A stretch of DNA of 63,564 bases, the filler included, from Octopus bimaculoides (Eukaryota): NCBI RefSeq assembly GCF_001194135.2. It is 6 parts of 6 records of this genome, joined end to end, with 100 filler letters (N's around TTAATTAATTAA, not from the genome) between each part and the next. Parts side by side here need not be neighbours in the genome. Positions count along the whole stretch, not along the records: positions 48,088 to 58,140 come from NC_068989.1; positions 58,241 to 60,068 come from NW_026357816.1; positions 60,169 to 63,564 come from NC_068985.1; 3 more parts are not named here. One strand, written 5' to 3'. Under the pieces are notes generated by a model. That model did no database searches and had not been told where the DNA came from. It worked only from the letters and a program-made list of their open reading frames with translations. A program made the position numbers and the translations under genes. The number at the start of each line of letters is the position of its first letter. Position 1 is the stretch's first letter. Shown one piece after another: positions 52,096 to 63,564 of the stretch.

Positions 52096-54699
52096 CATGG
52101 ATAGACATCTGTACATGATTGTATTTTTTGGAGTTGCCTCTAGCAGGTTTTGAGGCACATTTAGTGTGTCATTTCTTTCTTCACGTCTTATAATCCTTTA
52201 AGCTTCCCTTAAATATTTTTCCTTATCCTTTAACTACATAATTCCCAAGTTTTTTGTAACTTTTGCGAAGGAACCGTTATTTCTATTTGAACCTGCTCTT
52301 TGTCTGAAATTTTACTGATTTGTGTGGTGGTGGTGGTGGTGATATTTTCCTTGCTTCCTTGATCGAATTCTCATTACTCCTGACACTTCCACTGTGGTTG
52401 TTGATGTTGTCATTGCTGTTACTACTCCTCTTGCTACTATCACTATCATTTACATCTAGAGTGAGTGGGGGTGAGTGATGGCCAAAGACTATTTCGCGTT
52501 CTACAACTCCTCCCACTTCCCTCTGTTGTTGACTCGCTGGCAGAGACGACGACACGATATTAAATCTTGCAAATTTTGAAAGGAAAGTTAATTTCCTTTT
52601 CGAGTGATTTTTGCCCGCAGGGCAAGGAAAAAAAAGGAAATAACAGTTAATCAGATCAATATTATCTAGATTAACCTAGTCACAAGTTACAACGATAAAA
52701 TGTAACAATAGAAATCTTTTTAGAGGTAAACAAAGCACACACTTACGGACCTCCAAAATACCTGTCCATCTCTGGTGACAATAATAATAATAATAATAAT
52801 AATAGTAATAATAATAATAAAAATATTAATAATTATGGTTTCAAAATTTGCCGATGGGAGGAGATGTGTCGATTACATAGACTCCAGTGTTCAACTGGTG
52901 CCTGATCTATCGATCCTGAAAGGATGAAAGGTAAAATCGACCTTGGTGGAATTTGAACTCAGAACGTAGCAGCTGACGAAATACCACTAAGCATTTCGCC
53001 CGGCGTGCTGATGATTCTGCCAGCTAATAAATCGAAATGGAACCAGTGTGTATATTTATAACTAGCATAGTTTCCACCCCACCACCGCCTTCGAGATATA
53101 ACAAAATCTGTTCCAGCATGCAAGTTCACTTCAAGAATCTTGTAACCACTCACAAACACGCACATGCACACACATTCACCCCACACACTTAAAATTAATA
53201 AGAAATATATAATGTCTATATTTCTCAGTGTAATTTAAGTATCTTTCAATGCATTATTCCATTGCATTATTCTTGCTCTACTCTAACATTTTGTGCACAA
53301 CGTATTTATTATAAAACCGAAAGATGTATTAGAATTTATATTCTGACACATACGCGCGCCGACTCACATACACATATATAAATGTGTATTTCAATGCATA
53401 TATTCGTGGAAATTGTTTATGACAAACATTATTTTCAGTCATATCATAAAGCCTGAACATTTTTCTTTTGTAATGTCCTGTTGTTTCATTTCATTATACG
53501 ATGCGAGAGAATAACAAAGTAAAACGAACCAAGATCATCAGTACACTCCTCTTAAAACATTCCGAAACAAATACCATTGTTCAAATTGTCCACATTTTCC
53601 TTTTATTCCTTCATAGTTCGTTTTGATATTTATCGTGCTTACTATTTTCTCATGCTCTATACAACCCCCTCCTTTATTATCTTTTCCTTTATTTTGTCTT
53701 TCCTTCTCTTTTTTTACTATCTTTCTCTTACACTATATTACCATCTTTCTCTCTCTCCTTCTTACCGTATTTCTCTCACTGTCTGGCCCCACTCTCTTCA
53801 CTCCTGCGGATATCCAACATTCTCTTTTGTCACTCTTTCCTCACGGGTGTAACAATGACCGTGCCTGTCCAATATTTATCCCTGTTCAAGTTGTACATCC
53901 GGTTAGGTTTTTAGTGTTTATGCCGTCTAACATCCCAAGCCATAGATTTCCGCATCATTCCTCGCAGCTGAAATGCCTACTCAACCCATCCCCTATACCA
54001 CACTTACTATGAGTGCAGTAGCACTCAGGTAGAGGTATGTAGCTCATACTTCTTTTCACTTTCCCTAATACCTTATTAATCAATTCTAGCTCGTTACATT
54101 AACCTTTCCACCACCATCACCACCAACAACATGATAGGAGGTGTAAAATCACATCGGGGTGATTCGTGGTATTAGTTCAATATCTACGAAAGTCGGGCCA
54201 CCAGCGTCTAAGCCAGCGATCATACAGATATTTTTGAGGAGAATATGTTTCTGTCCAATTAATTATCATGTATGACAACGAAGTGTAAATGAATTCTGGA
54301 GAGTCAACGACCATCCAAATAGTATAACTTTATTAGTATGGCTGCTAATGACGTCATAACAGAGATATCCCTTTAGGGGATAGGACTGCCCCACAAAAGG
54401 AGGTGGGTTTCATTAGCCTTTGCTTATAACCCCTTAGAGATAGTGTCACGTTAAAAACATCTGCGAATTTGACATCTCAACGCCATAGGCAGTCCTCTTT
54501 ATGAAACTAATGCCAAAACTAAAATATTGTCACAACTGCTTTAATGAGACCGGATCCCTGAGTAAAAGTCTTTTGCACGGGAAGTGTCTCAATTTATGCA
54601 ACAGAACGCGCCAAATTGTCCCAATACGACAGCAAAGATTAGGAAAATATGGTCTCAAAACACTATTAGGGTAGTGATAGGACTGTTGTTACCGAAGTG

Positions 54700-54872
54700 A
54701 GCCTAACTAGCATAAGATAACAGTTAAAGGCTGTATGAAATATTGATACATAGAAAGATATGCTTCTTGTTACCGAATAATGACTTTCAAATCAGAAAAT
54801 TTCATCGTGAAAAGAAAATGGCTATCTCAGTTTGAACTGGAAGAGATCACAGTAATGAAAGATATAAGATAT
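54700..54872 (+). mobile_element. Degenerate non-LTR retrotransposon N-terminal fragment (tentative)
   Basis: VTE..LSNQK/FIVKRKWLSQFELEEI resembles the 'EQRL.DQ...I....WLS.LELEEI' segment I recall from restriction-like-endonuclease LINEs. Not verified by search. Confidence 0.35.
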
Positions 54873-54873
54873 G

Positions 54874-54899
54874 TAGAAGAAGAAGAAGAAGAAGAAGAA

Positions 54900-54946
<47 letters not shown>

Positions 54947-54972
54947 AGAAGAAGAAGAAGAAGAAGAAGAAG
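54874..54972. repeat. (GAA)n array
   Basis: Seen directly. Confidence 0.95.
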
Positions 54973-55833
54973 AGTGAAGTGAATCTCTCTGGAGCATTTG
55001 TAAAAGGGTGTGTGTGAGTTGCAGGAATGACCTTCATGTATCGTTATCCTCTCGAGAGGATAAATTGGAGAATAGAGCTGGAAGAGGGCATTGGCCCTTT
55101 GCTGTAAGGGTAATCGTTTATTTGTGAAGTTATTTGATTGCCTCTGGTCAGCTGGCCCTTTAGTTAGAGGTTTCGTGTCATATATGTTTGTGAGGCCTAA
55201 TCGTTCGAAAATCAGGAAAAGCGCTTTGTTGCATTCTTTCCAACTCGACGCTCTGAGTTGAAATTACACCGAGGTCAGCGTTACCTTTCAATCTTTCGGA
55301 GTTGATAAAATAAAGAACCGGTCAAGTACTACGGTCGATAGTGTCCACTAACACCGTCCCCTTAAAAGTACTAGTTTTGTGCCTAAATTAGAAATCTGTT
55401 GATTTCTATGCCTACTTTCTATACACGATCCACGTCCCCGGCAGTTTTGTAACTTGACATTGTAATGACTGCTTCTCCTATATCTACCATGTGACAATAG
55501 CAAAAAGAAAAGAAGATTATTATCATTTTTATGTTTTTAGTACTTTATTGTTTTTAGTTCACGATTGTGCGCAGTTCTCGTTTTCAATGTTCTTTGTTAT
55601 TATTATTATTGTTGTCATTATCTATATTGTTAGGATGATTCAGAATAGCAAGATTATTATTTCCACAAGATATATTATGTATAGCACAAAAGAGTATGTG
55701 AATTCAGAGTTCATAAATAACGTTTGAGACATTACCTGAGAATATGTGTATGAATAATTGATAAGAAGTCGTTGACGGGATTTCATGCAAACAGTAGTAG
55801 CAATATGTATATATATATATATANNNNNNNNNN

Positions 55834-55872
<39 letters not shown>

Positions 55873-56130
55873 GAGAGAGACATATATACATACATATATA
55901 TACACACACACATATATGTATATATACATATACAAATATGTACAAACACACACATATATATGTATGTACGAATAGATTATGTGTGTATGTATGTTTGTAT
56001 GTGTGTGTGTGCATGTACATATACATATATCCACAAAAACTCACACGCATACGCATATAAATATATACTTGTATATATTGATGGATGGGAGGATGAGTTT
56101 GCGCGACAATAGTGTGTATGTATATATACG

Positions 56131-56204
<74 letters not shown>

Positions 56205-57327
56205 TATGGAATGAATGTATATCAACGGGTTTACATCAGAACAGATGACTGGTCACCAAATTACAAATATCAACTGAATGATTATCTGCTGGTAAGCATT
56301 TTAAAATGACTATCTGATGACTATAAATGATGATAGCTCTAGTTTTTCTTTCTTTCCGTTTTCCCTTTATTTTCGTTGGATCTTGTGGCCAAGTTGTCAG
56401 ATATAATATCAAAGGTCTTCTTACTAACATTCTCGGCCTGTAAGACACGGAAATAATCCGGAAATCGAGATAACTGGTAAATATTTGCGTTGGCAAAGAT
56501 CCGTCAATAATGCATTTCACGATAAGTAAAGTCCATTTGCTACTAGGAATGTAGGGCTTAACATTTAGAACATTGGAGGGAAAGACAGTATGAAAGTGAG
56601 AGGGAGGATGAGACAAAGAGAGAGAGAGAGAGAGGGAGAGAGAACGAGAGCGGGCAGTCGCACAAAACGGGTCTTGTTCTACTAGTTATGCCAGTTTGGT
56701 GAATGTTGACTGGAGCAGTAGTTCATGATGCATACTGTGCAGCAGTATACAACATGAACAACTGATTCCATTTTCCGATATTGCTAAGGATTGTTCAAGC
56801 AGTATAACAATTCTTTGTTGACAGAGATTAAGGTTTCAAAAATATTTGTTACCATCTTCTCCTTGGCTTTCTTTTCTTTTTTTTTTTTAATGTTCTTTGA
56901 ATATTCGTGTTTTTAACTGGATTAAAAAGATTTCTTCAACTTGTACGAAATTTGGGTAACGTCCACCGAATTAAATTTGCCAGGCCGTCGGCCCGAGTAT
57001 AATAAGATGATGTGAAACATGTGAGGTTACTGACTGTCACACGAGATCATCGATTTGCTATAGACGAAGAAGCGCGGAAAGCCAAAAACCTTGTTCGATG
57101 AAATAAGCAAGCCTGTAGACTGCTGAAAGAAGTGCATTGAAAAGCAAGGAAACTATGTCGAACAGTGACCTCTGCTTGGTGTTTCTTGGGGTTAATAAGC
57201 AGTAACAACGTCCCTTCCAGGACAGCCATATTACGTTGGCAATTAACTTTTATTTTAAAGAACCGTTACTGAATGTCAATCTCTGAGAGATTTAGAAATA
57301 ATAATAATAATAATAATAGTAATAATA

Positions 57328-57554
57328 CTCTTTTACTTGTTTCAGTCATTTTGACTGCAGCCATGCTGGAGCACCGCCTTTAGTCGAGCAAATAGACTCC
57401 AGGATTTATTCTTTGTAAGCCTAGTACTTAGTCTATCGGTCTTTTTTTGCTCAACTGATTAGTTACGGGGACGTAAACACACCACCATCGGTTGTCAAAC
57501 GATGTTAGAGGGACAAACACAGACAGTCAATCATACACACACACACACACACAT

Positions 57555-57585
<31 letters not shown>

Positions 57586-57625
57586 CATATATATATATTT
57601 ATATATACATATATACGACGGGCTT
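57328..57625 (-). mobile_element. SINE 3' module (ggagtggctgtgtggtaag family)
   Basis: ttttacttgtttcagtcatt...gctggagcaccgcctttagtcgagcaaat...gttacggggacgtaaacac. Similar modules at 33110-33240, 38140-38280 and 38670-38860. Confidence 0.85.
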
Positions 57626-57921
57626 CTTTTAGCTTCTTTTAGCTTTCCAGCCTCTCATTTTATCTAATTTTATATATTTCTTATTATTTCCTATAAATTC
57701 TTATTATTTTGTTTTCTCATTTGATATCCTTATTTATCCCTTATAAATTGTTATTTTTCTTGTTCTTTGATATTTTTCAGTTATTTAGGTCTATGCAAGA
57801 TACTCATACTATATTCATATAAGCGTATAAATATTTGTGTATAAGTATATATGCATATATGCACACATATATATCTATATATATGTGTGTGTATGTATGT
57901 ATGTGTGTGTGTGTGTGCATG

Positions 57922-57953
<32 letters not shown>

Positions 57954-58240
57954 AAATATATAGTTTTAGGGAAAATAACCAATTTTCAAGAACTCATCGA
58001 TGAAAATCCACTATCACATATAGAAAAAATAATAATTAAAAGCACAATAAATGAGTATAATATAAAGTAAAGTAAATATCATAAGATAAATATAATATAA
58101 TATAATATTATATTATATTTATCCTATGATATTTACTTTANNNNNNNNNNNNNNNNNNNNNNNNNNNNNNNNNNNNNNNNNNNNTTAATTAATTAANNNN
58201 NNNNNNNNNNNNNNNNNNNNNNNNNNNNNNNNNNNNNNNN

Positions 58241-58278
<38 letters not shown>

Positions 58279-58723
58279 ACGTGTAAATGTATGCATAGAC
58301 TCACTCGTAGCTATGCGTTCCTGTTTATTGAGTACATACAAGCATACAGTATCTATATTCTTATTTCTTACTTTTCAGAGTACCCAGTCACACGTACAAC
58401 GGCCTCATAGAAATGCATTTTCAGTATATATTTATATATACATATATACATATATATATATATCCACGCACAAATGCATCGACATGTATGCATCTCTGCA
58501 CATAGATGAGTGATATGCATAACATCCACATGCAGCTATATCCGAATAAGTATGCACATTCGTGCAAGTACATGCAAATATCAATTCTGATGCATGTAAT
58601 TATATTGATGTATCCATGCACATACATGCAATGATTTGCATATATCGGTGCACGAATCCATCGTATAGTATTGATATACACTGGCAAAAAATACTTTTTA
58701 ATGTATCTCTATCTATCTATCTG

Positions 58724-58824
<101 letters not shown>

Positions 58825-59167
58825 ATATAGTGATATACCATTACACATTAAAAAAAAAAGCATGGATGTGTGTATAGAGAGAAGGGAAGGTCTAGGCATA
58901 TCCTGCTGACGCAAACTAACGCTCCCTCTCCAATCCTCCATTATCAAATAAACCCTTTCCACAACACTTCGCTCCCTAATCGATAATTTCCGCTCGACGC
59001 TTTCCTAAACCATCGACAAAATACCTAATATTTTAACAATTACTTTGGTACACATAGCTGACTAAGTACATCGGCACAAAAGGCACGCCTACGCACGATC
59101 CCATCTCTGTCTGTCCCCGCATTTGCGTACATGCATATGGATAATTACTTAAGCGTATATATGCATG

Positions 59168-59229
<62 letters not shown>

Positions 59230-59880
59230 NNNNNNNNNNNNNNNNNNNNNNNNNNNNNNNNNNNNNNNNNNNNNNNNNNNNNNNNNNNNNNNNNNNNNNN
59301 NNNNNNNNNNNNNNNNNNNNNNNNNNNNNNNNNNNNNNNNNNNNNNNNNNNNNNNNNNNNNNNNNNNNNNNNNNNNNNNNNNNNNNNNNNNNNNNNNNNN
59401 NNNNNNNNNNNNNNNNNNNNNNNNNNNNNNNNNNNNNNNNNNNNNNNNNNNNNNNNNNNNNNNNNNNNNNNNNNNNNNNNNNNNNNNNNNNNNNNNNNNN
59501 NNNNNNNNNNNNNNNNNNNNNNNNNNNNNNNNNNNNNNNNNNNNNNNNNNNNNNNNNNNNNNNNNNNNNNNNNNNNNNNNNNNNNNNNNNNNNNNNNNNN
59601 NNNNNNNNNNNNNNNNNNNNNNNNNNNNNNNNNNNNNNNNNNNNNNNNNNNNNNNNNNNNNNNNNNNNNNNNNNNNNNNNNNNNNNNNNNNNNNNNNNNN
59701 NNNNNNNNNNNNNNNNNNNNNNNNNNNNNNNNNNNNNNNNNNNNNNNNNNNNNNNNNNNNNNNNNNNNNNNNNNNNNNNNNNNNNNNNNNNNNNNNNNNN
59801 NNNNNNNNNNNNNNNNNNNNNNNNNNNNNNNNNNNNNNNNNNNNNNNNNNTATATATATATGAATAAATGTATAAGTATG

Positions 59881-59914
<34 letters not shown>

Positions 59915-60169
59915 ATGTATATATATGTGTGTGTGTGTGTGTCTGTGTGAGTGTGTATGTATGTATCTATCTATCTGAACACGCACATAAAAACGTATAC
60001 ATAAATATGCATGCCATCGCATATTCAATATAAACTTATACATATAAGCATATACACAGACACACGCANNNNNNNNNNNNNNNNNNNNNNNNNNNNNNNN
60101 NNNNNNNNNNNNTTAATTAATTAANNNNNNNNNNNNNNNNNNNNNNNNNNNNNNNNNNNNNNNNNNNNA

Positions 60170-60478
60170 GGAGCTTTGTTGGATCTCACTTTCCGTATTG
60201 CCAGTTTTACTTCTTCAATGGAAGGCGCATCGTCCATGTGTTGCATGATCACTCTTTGGGGGATATTATTTATGACATCCATGTTCACTACAGATGGATT
60301 ATGGAAAAGCTCCGCAAAATGCTCAGGATCCTTAATAACCTCATTTCCGTCTTTTGATTTCAAGGGAACATACGTTGAGGACTGCGGTCCAAAAGCTTGT
60401 CGCAATAAGCCGTACAAGTTTTTAATGTCTTTCCTTTCATAAGATGCCTGTATTTCCTCAGACAAATTACTCCACCAG
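60170..60478 (-). mobile_element. RTE/BovB-like LINE fragment (region upstream of RT)
   Basis: IQASYERKDIKNLYGLLRQAFGPQSS...PLKSKDG...HFAELFH...PSIEEVKLAIRKVRSNKAP. Confidence 0.8.
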
Positions 60479-60479
60479 G

Positions 60480-62060
60480 TATCTGAGTTGTTCTTCTTTG
60501 TGTCTCCTGCCGCGATGTGGGTTCATCTTATATCTCAGATAGAAACCTGTCCAGACATTCCTTGAAAATTTCCACATCAACACCATGTAGATCTCGAAGG
60601 TTGCCTGACAGGATGGTGAACAATTGCGGCCCCTTGAAACCAGACTATTGCAGTTCTGTGTCCTTATTTTAGATGGGGAAGACCGGATCTTTGGTATGAT
60701 GCAGTGACATTCAGTTCGGGATTGGTATAGCTGTCAATTCCAAAATTGGGAACAAAACCCTCCAAGATCTACAAAATATATATCACCACATATCTCTGTG
60801 GTCTTCTCTCCAGGGAATAGAAACTCAGCTCCTTTAGCCTCTCCCAGTAGCCCATCTTTTGCATCGAGTCAATCTTCTTTGTGTATTGGTGCTGGATTGC
60901 TTCGAGTTCCAGTTTGTTTCACACTCTCTGGCGACCATAGTTGGGAGCAATAGTCCAAGCGGCTGAGACACAAAGTCCTCTCTAGGAGTAAAAGGGCTTC
61001 CCTTTTCCTGGTTCTGAATGTCCTAAGAATCCATCCAGCCACTCGTCTGCACAGTGTTACCGTCTTGATAATATGCACACGAGATGTTGCATCATTGCTC
61101 ATGTGAATCCCCAGGTCACGCACCGACTCTGACTCTGGAATTGTATTACCTCCTGGTCCAGTGTATTCCGATTTTAGTCTGGTATTGGACCGATAGTGGA
61201 ATGTCTGAAATTTCATAGCATTGAACTGCATGTTGTTTTTCTTAGCCCATTTGTATACTTCATTCAGGTCTTTCTGCAGTTCTATGATGTCCTCTTAATC
61301 GTCAGCATAACTGGTCAGATTGGCTGAGTGTACCGCGGAGGGCATGTCTGGGAGAGCCACCACAAATAGTAATGGCTCCAGTACAGTTCCCTGTTGGACT
61401 CCGCTGAAAATTGGTGCCTCTTCCGAGTGAGCACCATTAGCTACAACTGACTCCTGCCCTTCACAAAATCATTCAGCCACTCTCCCAGTTTTCCAGTAAT
61501 ACCAAGGTTTCGCATGCAATTATCAACCTTGTCGAAGACCTTGGCAAAGTCGAGGTATATCATATTGACAGCTGACTGGTTTAGCTGTTGTTTCAGTACC
61601 CAACAGCTCCTCCTTGGACGGAAACCATGTTGCGTACTTGTGAGAAGGTTGTTTTCTTCTTGGAACGTGATCAGCCTTTTTGTGATGTCAGAGATTAGTA
61701 TCTGCTTTGCGCCAACCTTTATGGATAGGGCATATTATATCCTCTTTTAGCATGTTGGGAAGTTTACTACATGCAAGGAAACTCTGAAAGAGTATCTGCA
61801 GTGGCTTCGCAATAGCCTTTTTGCATGTCTTTAAGAGAACAGCCAGGATTCCATCAGGGCCCGTTGCTGAGTTTGATCTCATATCATCAATGGCTGATAT
61901 TACATCCTCTTCTGTTATGTTGATGTAATCGATGGTTGCCTCTTTTCCGAATAGATTCATTACATTGAAAAACTCCTCAGGCATGTTTATTTGCGTATTT
62001 TCCAGTGCAGAAGTGAAAACACTTCAGAATTGTTTATTTAGTGCTTCACTTACCTTCCCC
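60480..62060 (-). mobile_element. CR1-group LINE, RT domain to 3' end, frameshifted
   Basis: SATGPDGI, QHGFRP, IYLDFAKVFDKVD, SGVQQGTVLEPLLF, YADD, VRDLGI and RLDYCSQLWSP motifs in order. Confidence 0.92.
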
Positions 62061-62379
62061 GCGTCTGCATTTAGTCAGCTGTTATATATATATATATATA
62101 TATTAGAAAAAAATAATAAAGTACTCAGATATCTGGATGTTTGTACATTTACAGATTTTAATTAATATGTCACATGTTTTATAAATATTAGCTCTTGCAC
62201 CTATTCTTGTAGGTTCTTCAAATATGATTTCACTTCAGAGGATCTGTCTCTTTTGATAGTATTATTTAATGTGTAGGGGTGGAGAGAAATATATAGGATA
62301 GTAAAAGAGGGTGAGGAATGGGGGGAACGTGAGGGAGAGTGTGTGTGTGTGTTTCTGTGTGTGTAAGTATTTTTGTGTT

Positions 62380-62414
<35 letters not shown>

Positions 62415-62943
62415 AGACAACGTCGATTTGATGAAGGATGTGAGCTAATGTTTGGCACGAACATTTGATCACTATAACCCAATCATTCGTAAAGGTCATT
62501 CGGCGAAAGCTGAGCACTCATACGTCGCCCTCGGACTTTATATACATGCGCGGACTTTCAATTTCCTTATTTCTTTACTGCCGACAAGGGGATTACATCG
62601 ACCCCAGTGCGTAACTGGTACTTAATTTATCGACCCTGAGAGGATGAAAGGCTAAGTCAACCTCGGCCGAATTTGAACTCAGAACGTAAAGACAGACGAA
62701 ATACCGCTAAGCATTTCACCGAACGTGCTAACGTTTCTGCCAGCTCGCCGCCTTTGAAACTTTCAGTTTCTGCCTACCAAATCTATTCAGAAGGCATTAA
62801 TCGGCTCGGAGCTATAGAAGAAGTGACTCACCCAATGGACCACGTAGTGGGCCTGAACGCGGAACCATATGGGTTCGAAACCAAACCTATCAAACAGCCA
62901 CACTTGTACATGTATGTATGTATGTATGTATGTATGTATGTAT

Positions 62944-63153
62944 ACTCTTTTACTTTTTTAATTGTTTCAGTCACATGACTGTGGCTATGCTGAAGCACCG
63001 CCTTTAGTCGAGCAAATCGATTCCAGGACTTATTCTTTGTAAGCCTAGTACTTATCTTATCGGTCTCTTTTGCCGAAACGCTAAGTTAAGGGGACGTAAA
63101 CACACCAGCATTGGTTGTCAAACGATGTTGGGGGGAAAAACACAGATACACAA

Positions 63154-63194
<41 letters not shown>

Positions 63195-63367
63195 CATATG
63201 TACACGACGGGCTTCTTTCAGTTTCCGTCTACCGTATCCACTCACAAGTCTTTGGTCGCCCGAAGCCATAGTAGAAGACACTTGCGCAAGGTCCCACGCA
63301 GTGGGACTGAACCCGGAACCATGTGGTTCGTAAGCAAGCTACTTACCACACAGCCACTCCTACGCCT
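62944..63367 (-). mobile_element. Full-length young tRNA-derived SINE (same family as 20341)
   Basis: Reverse complement starts aggcgtaggagtggctgtgtggtaagtagcttgcttacgaaccacatggttccgggttcagtccc. Confidence 0.93.
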
Positions 63368-63380
63368 AAAAAATGTGTGT

Positions 63381-63489
63381 CGCTTACAGCACCCAAGTGG
63401 TCACCCATCTAAGTACTCACTAGGCTCAACGCTGCTTAACTTCGGTGATCGGACGAGACCGGTGCTTTCAACGTGATATGGCCGTATGT
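63381..63489 (-). pseudogene. 5S rRNA: 5S rRNA pseudogene with a 9-nt internal deletion
   Basis: Reverse complement: tacggccatatcacgttgaaagcaccggtctcgtccgatcaccgaagttaagcagcgttgagcctagtgagtacttagatgggtgaccacttggg-tgctgtaagc. Lacks AATACCGGG relative to the metazoan 5S sequence as I recall it. Confidence 0.88.
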
Positions 63490-63506
63490 ACGTATGTATG
63501 TATGTA

Positions 63507-63564
<58 letters not shown>

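Noticed and set aside
63381-63489. Functional 5S rRNA gene
   Set aside because: Single copy, 9-nt deletion, several substitutions, and the upstream flank is a microsatellite; called as a pseudogene.

Overview
Eukaryotic, AT-rich, repeat-dense draft genomic DNA. The SINE families, very high microsatellite load and mollusc-type 5S sequence point to an octopus or other cephalopod (inference). There are no prokaryotic features and no CRISPR. Five artificial 100-nt spacers (44 N + TTAATTAATTAA + 44 N) split the window into six assembly blocks, so adjacency across them is unproven. The only host coding sequence I can support is two consecutive plus-strand exons (42744-42851, 43915-44025) of an ionotropic glutamate receptor, spanning the end of the amino-terminal domain and the start of S1. 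The rest is tRNA-derived SINEs, RTE, CR1 and L1/Tx1 LINE remnants, Tc1/mariner and hAT relics, a 91-bp mini-Helitron, a Penelope-like repeat with a hammerhead-like motif, a 5S rRNA pseudogene and simple repeats. Nearly all ORFs in the supplied track are microsatellite or N-gap artefacts. The best leads are (1) an inverted SINE pair in the receptor intron whose arms share private variants, (2) the hammerhead-like motif, (3) a 5S-SINE tandem, (4) the mini-Helitron and (5) a CpG contrast between blocks. I found no convincing new multi-gene system.
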